From positions 81,406,001-81,470,000 of the forward strand of contig NC_042998.1 in NCBI RefSeq assembly GCF_006345805.1: a stretch of DNA of 64,000 bases. The letters run 5' to 3'. Made by a program: the position numbers and the translations under genes. The notes beneath the pieces are model-generated. The model made no database searches, had not been told where the DNA came from, and saw nothing but the letters and a program-made list of their open reading frames with translations. This DNA is from Octopus sinensis (taxonomy: Eukaryota). Position 1 is the stretch's first letter, and every line of letters begins with the position of its first letter. Positions 56,024 through 64,000 of the stretch are shown piece after piece.

Positions 56024-57087
56024 TTGGCTTGGCAACGAAGTTCCCGCCGTTTTTTTTTTATTTGGGGATTTATTGCGTTTTTAAATTTTGAAATCTATTT
56101 TTTTCGAAATTCTATTTTTGAATCAGTTTGGAATCTTTTTTTTTCTACTTAATTTTAGTTGATGTTTGTTTATTTTCAGATCATTAAAATGGAATGTCAA
56201 GTTAAGAATAACGAGCATTTTCGACATCTCCTTCATTTTACTTTTAATCAAGGTTCTAAGGCCGCAAATGCTGCTCACAACATTTGTGCTGTGTATTGAG
56301 AGGGTGCCATAGCTAAAAGAACAGCTCGTGATTTGTATGCCAAGTTCAAAAATGGTAATTTTGACCTCATAGACGCACCTCGTTCTGGTCGTCCAGTTGA
56401 GTTCGATGAAGAGCGATGAAACCAACTTTTGCACGAAAATTCTCGTCAAACGATAAAGGAACTGGCAGAGAAAATGGAATGCTCCCACACTGCTATAGAG
56501 AAGCATCTTCACTTGATGGGAAAGGTTCAGAAGTATGGAGCATGGTTTCCGCGTGCTTTAAGTGACAACCGCAAAAATCAACGAGCCACAATCTCCGCAA
56601 TTGCTTGAACGGAACCAAACGGTCAACGCAAAACTCTATGTCCAACTGATGGAACGACTCAACACAGCTATTCAAGAGAAAAGACCAAATCGGCAGCATG
56701 GAGTACTTCTGTTGCAAGGCAACGCCCGCCCTCATATCGCCAATATGACCAAGGAAGCCATTCAAACGCATGGTTGGGAAGTGCTGCCACATCCACCGTA
56801 CTCTCCTGATTTGGCACCAACTGATTTCCACCTCTTTCGATCTCTTTCAAATGCTATGCGCGGAGTTTCGTTCAATACTAATGCAGAATTGAGAGCTTGG
56901 TTGGATCGATTTTTCGAGTCGAAGTCGGGTGATTTCTACCAACGAGATATTGAAAATCTTGTTGAACGTTGGGAGGAAGTTGTAAAAAACAAGGGTAAAT
57001 ACATTATTGATTAATTAGTTGGTATTTTTTAAAACCTTTTTAAAAATTTAAATTAAAAAAAGCGGCGGGAACTTAGTTGCTAACCCA

Positions 57088-57088
<1 letters not shown>
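56024..57088 (+). mobile_element. Mariner transposon, internally deleted (1065 bp)
   Basis: TIRs ttggcttggcaacgaagttcccgccg / cggcgggaacttagttgctaacccaa, TA TSDs on both sides. Confidence 0.95.
56189..57014 (+). pseudogene. Mariner transposase pseudogene
   Basis: MECQVKNNEHFRH..GNFDLIDAPRSGRP..W(F)P(R), two TGA stops, a deletion near 56600 removing the first catalytic Asp region, QGNA in place of QDNA, intact HPPYSPDLAPTDFHLF. Confidence 0.93.
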
Positions 57089-57127
<39 letters not shown>

Positions 57128-57362
57128 ATGTGTGTGTGAGTGTGTGTGTATATTGTCAATAGATGTAATGTAGGAGTTATCATTAAACAAGTGACTTTGT
57201 AGCGCCCACATGATTCGAGCTTAACCTCTGATGTCTTAAGAGGGACAAATTCCACCGGGTAAAGAATCGCTATAAGTGGTATCAAGGTGAGTAGATATGG
57301 AGGCAATTATGCGGATAAAAAGATTAAATATAACAGCTCGGGTTCGATATACAATACATATT

Positions 57363-57561
57363 CTTTTACTTATTTCAGTCATTTGACTGTTGCTATGCTG
57401 AAGCATCACCTTTTGTCGAGCAAATCGACCCCTGGACTTATTCTTTGTAAGCCTAGTACTCATTCTATCGGTCTCTTTTGCCGAACTGCTAAGTTACAGG
57501 GACGTAAACACATCAGTATCGGTTGTCAAGCGATGTTGGGGGGACAAACACAAACACACAA

Positions 57562-57636
<75 letters not shown>

Positions 57637-57805
57637 TACGACAGGCTTCCTTCAGTTTCCGTGTACCAAAACCACTCACAAGGCTTTGGTCGGCTCGAGG
57701 CTATAGTAGAAGACACTTGCCCAAGGTGCGACGCAGTGGGACTGAACTCGGAACTATGTGGTTAATAAGCAAGCTACTTACCACACAGTCGCTCCTACGC
57801 CTATA
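57363..57805 (-). mobile_element. SINE family B
   Basis: Reverse complement of 8214-8656, with internal (CA)n(TA)n. Confidence 0.88.
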
Positions 57806-57892
57806 CTTACCACACATATACCTATATTTCTATACTTACCACACAGTCACTCCTACGCCTTTACCTACCACACAGACACTCCTACGCCTATA
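57777..57892. repeat. 29-bp tandem repeat x4 derived from the SINE 5' end
   Basis: cttaccacacagtcgctcctacgcctata and three variants. Confidence 0.9.
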
Positions 57893-58160
57893 TAAGTGTA
57901 TACATGCCAAATAAAAGAAAGCAAAGACTGCAGACTTTCAGGCGATGAATATTTAAGTATAAATATATAGATATTTACATTGATAGATCAAACTTAAACA
58001 GATTACAAACGACAGAGATTAAAGAGAAAGAGGTAAGGTGTTATAACTCTGGGAGCTCGGAGACCCATCATAATATTACTAGGTGTAGTTTTCCACAATA
58101 TGTAAGACCTAATGGAAGCAAATAGACATTGGATAACTCAAGTCTCCTTCATCAGGGTAC

Positions 58161-58633
58161 TCTGATTGCGGCCATGCTGGAGCAATACCTTGAAGAATTT
58201 TTAGTCGAATGAATGAACCACAGTGCTTATATTTCTTTAAGTCTGGTATTTATTCTGTCGGGCTCATTTGCCGAACTGCTAGGTTACGCTGACGTAAATA
58301 CACCAACACCGGTTGTTAAGTGGTGGCGGAGGACAAACAGAAACAAAGACACACACATCCACATACCACACAAGCCACACACACATACACACCACACAAA
58401 CCACACACACACGCACGCACACACCCATACGCACATACACATGCACACCACACACACACACCACACACACACACACGACGTACTTCTTTCAGTTTCCTTC
58501 TACCATATCCGCTCACATGGCTTTATTTGGTCCGAAGCCATTCAAGAAGACACCGGACCAAGGTGCCACGCAGTGAGACTGAACCTTGAACCAGGTGGTT
58601 GGGAAGCAAGCTTCTTACCACACAGCCACGCCT
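58161..58633 (-). mobile_element. SINE family B, diverged, internal CA-rich repeat
   Basis: gcggccatgctggagca...gccgaactgctagg...aagcttcttaccacacagccac. Confidence 0.82.
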
Positions 58634-58821
58634 ACATGTATGTGTATGTGTGCGTGTGTGTGTTTCTGTGTGAATGACTGTGAGTGTGTGCGTGTATGTG
58701 CGTACGTGCACTGAATGAATGACAGAGAAAGAGAGGGCTAAAGAGTGAGAGTGTAGTGAACGAGAGACTTACCATGAAATTGCAAGGCTGCAACTAATGT
58801 ACTTTTGGCCATATCTCAATA

Positions 58822-58995
58822 TATGGTTTAGCTTCGTCTGTCTTTATGTTCTGAGTTCAAATTCTGCCGAGGTCGACTTTGCCTTTTATCCTTTTGGAGT
58901 CGATAAATTAAATACTAGTTGCGTACAGGGGTCGATCTAATCGAGTGGCCTACTCCCCCAAAATTTCGGGCCTTGTACCTCGAGTAGAAAAGAAT
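58822..58995 (+). mobile_element. SINE family A, 5'-truncated
   Basis: gttctgagttcaaattctgccgaggtcgactttgcc...aaaatttcgggccttg. Confidence 0.85.
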
Positions 58996-59564
58996 ATATG
59001 CCTGAGATGGATCAAAATCTGAACAGTAAAGCATTGTGCACATGTATGACCTAATGCTGAGCGCAAAAAGAAACAGCAACGAAGATATGATGAACGCCCA
59101 GGACACTATACCAGTTATACGTTTGATGAAGACACAAACATAAAAAGCAATACTTTCCCCTTCATCTATATTCACACAAGTAATAGCTCCATTGAAGTCA
59201 TGGGCGTCATTAAGTGACATTCCTCTTCAACTAAAAACAGCGTTAATAGCTTCTGTTATGATATAAACGTCACAGAATGACTTCCTTTTGCATCTAAACA
59301 CAGACCATTTGGGTCTAATAAAAATAAAGTTAGTAATTATTTAATTATCTCTTGGTTTCCGTCGCCACTATATAGCAATATATAATAATATATTAGTAAA
59401 ATATGGTAATATTCATTTTAATAGACTCCATTATATTTCTATATAGCTTATAATACTAAATTACTGTAGGTTGAGAAAAACAAAAATTATCAATATTAAG
59501 AGGGCGACAAAGGTGTGTTTATGTTACGATTGTGTGTTTATGTTTATGAAATGATGGTAAATAG

Positions 59565-60350
59565 ATGATGATAATATAATAATGAAAATGATGAGGTAGA
59601 TGTTAATGATGGTGATAATAATATTGATAAAAATAACAGAAGCCAAAGACGGTGATGACTATGATGGTGGTAGTGATGATGATGATGAGGAGGATGAAGA
59701 GGCGACGACGGAGGCTGAGGAAAAGGTGAAGGGAATGATGATGGAAATGCTCGACTTCAAAATTATGATGGATTGGTGGTAGCGAATGATGATGTTCCGG
59801 GGTGTGGTGGGAGGGTTTACGTTGGCTGCAGAAGTGAGAGCAACGTCGACGATAACGATGGCACCATTGATGATGATGATGAAACTGATCACGAATGTGA
59901 AGATGATTACGATGATGATAATGACAATAACAATGATGTTGAACCATGATGATGGATGTTGACAAAGATAATCGGCGACTTAATTGATTACGACGAAGAT
60001 GATGACAATGACGATGGTGTGGATGATGATGATGATGATGAGGAGGAGGGTGATCATGATCATGATGACGACGACGATAATGATGATAACGAGGACGAGG
60101 AAGGTGATGCAGCAACTGCTGCTGATGATGAAGATTGACCACAATGACAACGACGACTGCGATGAAGATGATGATGACGACAACGATGATGATGATAACG
60201 ACGAAGATGACGATAATAAGATAAAAACCAAGACGATAGTAATAACAATGATGATATATGGCGATAAAGATGATTCATTAGAGATGGTGACGTTCATGAG
60301 GATGACGACAATAAAATCAGAGAGCGAGCAGCAGGTAAAGCTGTTGTAAT
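59565..60350. repeat. Degenerate (GAT/GAC/AAT)n trinucleotide domain
   Basis: Direct reading. Explains the poly-Asp/His/Ser ORFs. Confidence 0.92.
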
Positions 60351-60704
60351 AATGTCACTGAATAAAAGAGAAATTATTTCATTGATGAGATAATTCTCGC
60401 CGTCGTTTAATATATGCTAATATGGATAGCAGGAATGCTGATTCCCATGTTACTTATGACACATCGATGCGTCAGTCTGGAAAAAGACATTAGACGAAAT
60501 GAGGGAGAGCTATTATTGCTGCTCATATATCTATAAATAGCTAGCGTTACATCTTGACTTATTGCAAATATCAGTTATTTTATCTCATCACTATAATTTT
60601 TATTAAGTGAACTCACGTTCTATTTTCTCTATATCAGATTTTATTGAGTGTGTGTTTGTGTATCTCTATGGAAAGCATACCACACACACACACACACAAC
60701 TTTT

Positions 60705-60905
60705 GTCTCTTACTCGTTTCGGTCAGTAGGCTGTAGACATGCTGGGACACCGCCTTAAAGAATTTTGAATCGAATGAATCGACCCAGTACTTTGTTTTTA
60801 ATCTGGCGTTTATTCTATCAACATTTTCTGCCGAACTGTTACGTTAAAGAAACGTAAACACACAAACGCCGGTCAAGTGGTAGTGGGGCGCAAACACAGA
60901 CGCAA
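60705..60905 (-). mobile_element. SINE family B, 3' half
   Basis: catgctgggacaccgcc...tcgacccagtac...gccgaactg..acgtaaacaca. Confidence 0.7.
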
Positions 60906-60909
60906 AGGT

Positions 60910-60942
<33 letters not shown>

Positions 60943-61039
60943 GGGACTGATCCATATGAGGAAACTTTTGACCACACACTCACTACTGCGCCTGCATATA
61001 TCTACATGAATAATATACTTATATATATATATATATATT

Positions 61040-61294
61040 TCGTTTTTGGATTTAGTTTGCAAGATTCTTTATATGAGTTCGTGTGTTGAAGCATATTCTG
61101 TTGTGTCTGGGGAGAGTCATTCTCTTTCTCTTCTCTTTTAGTGCTTTATTATTTAACACACTCACCGGTAAAATTTCCACTTATTTCTTATTTTTATTTT
61201 CTAAATTTTTCGTTGCGTCTTGCAACATTTTCAATAGACTTGACTCTGTCCATTATTTACACTTAAAGAGAATGACTCTCCCCAGACACAACAG
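61040..61294. mobile_element. Small foldback element with perfect 30-bp inverted repeats (61098-61127 / 61265-61294), between (TA)n
   Basis: ctgttgtgtctggggagagtcattctcttt / aaagagaatgactctccccagacacaacag. Vestigial hammerhead on the minus strand at 61200-61238. Left tail resembles 54361-54422. Confidence 0.75.
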
Positions 61295-61415
61295 TATAAT
61301 ATATATATATATATATAACGGGAAGCTTTATGAAAATAGACAAAAGACGAAGGCAGGTGGAAAACAAACAAACAATTGTATTAGTATGGCGCTCAGGAAA
61401 TATAAATAAAACAAG

Positions 61416-61453
61416 TCTTTAACGTTTCGAGCCTACGCTCTTCAACAGAAAGA
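61416..61453 (-). ncRNA. Minimal hammerhead ribozyme-like motif (A6U variant)
   Basis: tcttt-CTGTTGA-a-gagc gtag gctc-GAAACGTT-aaaga. Palindromic AACGUU helix III. Confidence 0.55.
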
Positions 61454-61618
61454 TACACAGAGAGAAAAAAAACACAGAAAGGAGAGAAAAAAAATGCGTG
61501 CAGTACTAACGAATCAACATGGCGATCTGATTTCGGCCAGAGTCAAAGATCAAACATGAGACGCGAGAGCGAAATAAGGGGAGATAATAGGGTTGATAAC
61601 AGGGTTGAATGACCACCT

Positions 61619-61960
61619 ATTAGTGCGTAGGAGGGGTCTGGACGTGTGTATAGGGTTGGTGTATGGTATTAGTATGTATAAGGGTGTGTGAGTATGTGTG
61701 TGTGTGTGTGTGTGTGTATGAGAGAGTATTAGTGCGTAGGATAGGTCTGGACAGGCGTATGTATGGGGTTGGTGTATGTATTAGTATGTATTAGTATGTA
61801 TTAGTACGTATAGTATGTATAGTGTTGTGTGTGTTGTATGAGAGAGTATAAGTGCGTATGAGGGGTCTGGACGTGTGTATGTATAGGGTTGGTGTATGTA
61901 TTAGTATGTATTAGTATGTATTAGTACGTATTAGTATGTATTAGTTGGTGTATGTATTAG
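61619..61960. repeat. Three degenerate ~110-bp units plus (TTAGTATGTA)n in the PLE 3' UTR
   Basis: t(a/t)agtgcgtagga..ggtctggac..gtat.gggttggtgtatg recurs at ~61619, ~61727 and ~61848. Confidence 0.8.
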
Positions 61961-62249
61961 TATGGCACATCATATATGATGTGATGTGTAAAGTCGTGTG
62001 GTGTAGTGAGGAGAAGAGGGGGAGGGGGGGAGAAGAGGGGGAGAAGGGGGGGTAAGAAGAGGGGAGGAGAGGGGGAAGAGGAGAGGAGGGGGAGAAGGAA
62101 GGGGAGAGGAAGGGGAGGGAGGGAGCAGAGGGAAGGGGAAGAGGGAAGGAGGGAGGGGGAAGAAGGGAAGGGGAGTAGGGGTGAAAGGATGAAGGACTGA
62201 AGAAGTAGGGGTCGGGGGAAGGATAGGTGAGGAGGGGTGAGTAGGGGGG

Positions 62250-64000
62250 TTAGATGAGGAGGGGGGGAGAGTTGAGACCAAATGGCGTATAAAGCGAAGA
62301 GAGAGATTAATTCCTGTTCACGGCGCAAACGGGAATCCGGATGGCCTCTGTGTAAGGACAAACCGAACACAGATAGGTGTTGCAAGGAGTGACCGGTGGA
62401 GCGGAAATGGCGTGAGACCGGTGTGTCGTTCGCAAGGTGGATGTCACGAAGGTGTTCCGCGAACCGGTCAGCCAAGCGGCGTCCCGTTTTGTCGATGTAC
62501 AAGGATTGCAGAGAGAGCAAGAGACGCAATAGATAATATTGCTGGAGGTGCAGGTGAAGGAGTGGATGATGGGATAGGGTCGATGGTGGGTGCTAGTGAG
62601 GCGGGTGGTGTTGGAGAGGTAAGGGCAAGTGCGGCAACGTGGGCGGGAGCAGGGGAACGAGCCGGGTTGGGAGGTAGGGTCAGGGAAGGAGCTATGGACC
62701 AAAAGGTCTCGAAGGTTTGGGCTCGTTTGAAAGAGGGGAGGGGTCGGTTAGGGAAGAGTGTGAAGTGGACGGGTCGGACTGGAGATGACGGAAAGCTCGA
62801 AGAATGGTGCGTTGGAGACGTAGGGTCGTGGGGTGGTAAGTGAGGGGAAATGGGGCGGGAGACTACAGGGCGGGTTCGGGGAGAGAGAGATACACGGTCC
62901 ACGGACCGTGCTCTGGCAAGGGCGGTGTGGATAGTGGTGAGGGGGTATCCACGTAGGGTGAAGTGGTTAGCCATACGTTGAGACTGAGTCTCAAAGTCAT
63001 GGTCGTCACTACAGAGCCTACGTAGACGGAGGAATTGGGAATAGGGGATGGAAAGCTTGGTGTGTTCTGGGTGGGAGGAAGAGAAGTTGAGGTATGAGTG
63101 TGAGTCTGTGTGTTTGTAGTGAATGGAGGTGGTAAGAGTGGAGTGAAGAATGCTAACCGAAATGTCGAGGAAGGAGACAGAGGTGTTGGAGATAGTGGAA
63201 GTGAAGTGGAGGGCTGGATGGAAAGATTGGACGAAAGAGAGGAAGGAATCTAGATGTTCACGGGCGAGTGAGGTGGCACCGATAATGTCGTCAATGTAAC
63301 GACCATATAGTTCAGGAGTGGGACCAGTGAAATTAGAGAATATTTGGGCCTCAACATAGCCAACGAACAGGTTCGCATAGTTGGGGCCCATTCGCGTTCC
63401 CATGGCCACTCCCGAGACCTGATGGTAGAACTCGCCCGCGAACGAGAAGCAGTTCAGAGTAAGGACAAGTTCGGCCAGACGAATGAGTGTGGAGGTGTCA
63501 GGTACAGGGTTAGAGCGGAGGTCAAGAAAGTGTCGAAGGGCCTGCAGTCCTTCGTGGTGAGGGATAACAGTATAGAGGCTTTGGATGTCCATAGTAAAAA
63601 GGATTTTGGATGAGCCGGGAGGAAAGGAGAAAGAGTTGAAAAGCCGGAGAGCATGGTTGGTATCGTGGATGTGGGAGGGAAGAGATGCCACTAGGGGGGC
63701 AAGGACACGGTCGAGGTATTTAGAGATGAGCTCCGTGGGGCAGTTACAGGCGGAGACGATGGGGCGGCCAGGGTTGTTGGGTTTGTGGATTTTGGGGAGG
63801 AAGTAAATGGTGGAGGTACGTGGGGTTCGCACAATTAGGTTGGATGCGGTGCGGGGGAGACGGGAGGACGAAATGGGGTCGTGGACAGTAGAATATACCG
63901 TCTGTTGGTAGCTACGTGTGGGGTTAGAGGGCAGAGGGGAATAGAAGGAGGTGTCATTGAGTTGGCGGAAATCCTCGGCCCTATAGAGGTCCGCGCGCCA
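62250..64000 (-). pseudogene. Neptune-type RT + GIY-YIG ORF with frameshifts
   Basis: Open from the window edge (WRADLYRAE...) through the RT and thumb. Frameshifts in the linker and EN. YIG motif reads YIDKTG instead of YIGETG. Confidence 0.9.

Larger units (their letters stand above)
61316..64000 (-). mobile_element. Penelope-like element, Neptune-type, continuing beyond the window
   Basis: RT (FLPKIHK..GRPIVS, GVAMG, YIDD at 63287-63298), CxxxRCxxC linker, C-terminal GIY-YIG with CxxC, repetitive 3' UTR, pLTR ending at (TA)n. Confidence 0.93.

Noticed and set aside
57777-57892. CRISPR-like 29-bp periodicity
   Set aside because: Contiguous units with no unique spacers, derived from a SINE, with no cas genes in a eukaryotic context.
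59600-60349. Poly-Asp/His/Met ORFs suggesting an acidic or shell-matrix-like protein
   Set aside because: All frames on both strands are short open patches of a degenerate GAT repeat, with no consistent frame or splice signals.
62412-63806. Plus-strand ORFs overlapping the Neptune element
   Set aside because: Antisense shadows of the GC-rich RT ORF.

Overview
AT-rich, extremely repeat-dense animal genomic DNA. The SINE families and the TA/CA/TATC/AAT microsatellite load suggest a coleoid cephalopod, probably Octopus; this is recognition from memory, not a database result. Nearly all short ORFs in the track are microsatellite artefacts. The supportable coding sequence belongs to transposons: an R4/Dong-clade RLE LINE sitting in (AAT)n (10.6-12.8 kb), two mariner remnants, a near full-length Naiad-type Penelope-like element (PLE, 48.0-51.4 kb), and a Neptune-type PLE running off the right edge. 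There are also two hAT MITEs, a probable Helitron end and about 20 tRNA-derived SINE copies. The most striking feature is a set of PLE-derived foldback elements embedded in (TA)n that carry type I hammerhead ribozyme motifs. One is a ~1 kb non-coding palindrome (52434-53422) with a fully canonical GUC hammerhead on the plus strand and a near-identical one on the minus strand. Several small, phase-compatible plus-strand exons in the first 13 kb may belong to an unidentified host gene. No rRNA, true tRNA or CRISPR array was found. Many 1-bp homopolymer indels suggest long-read consensus errors.
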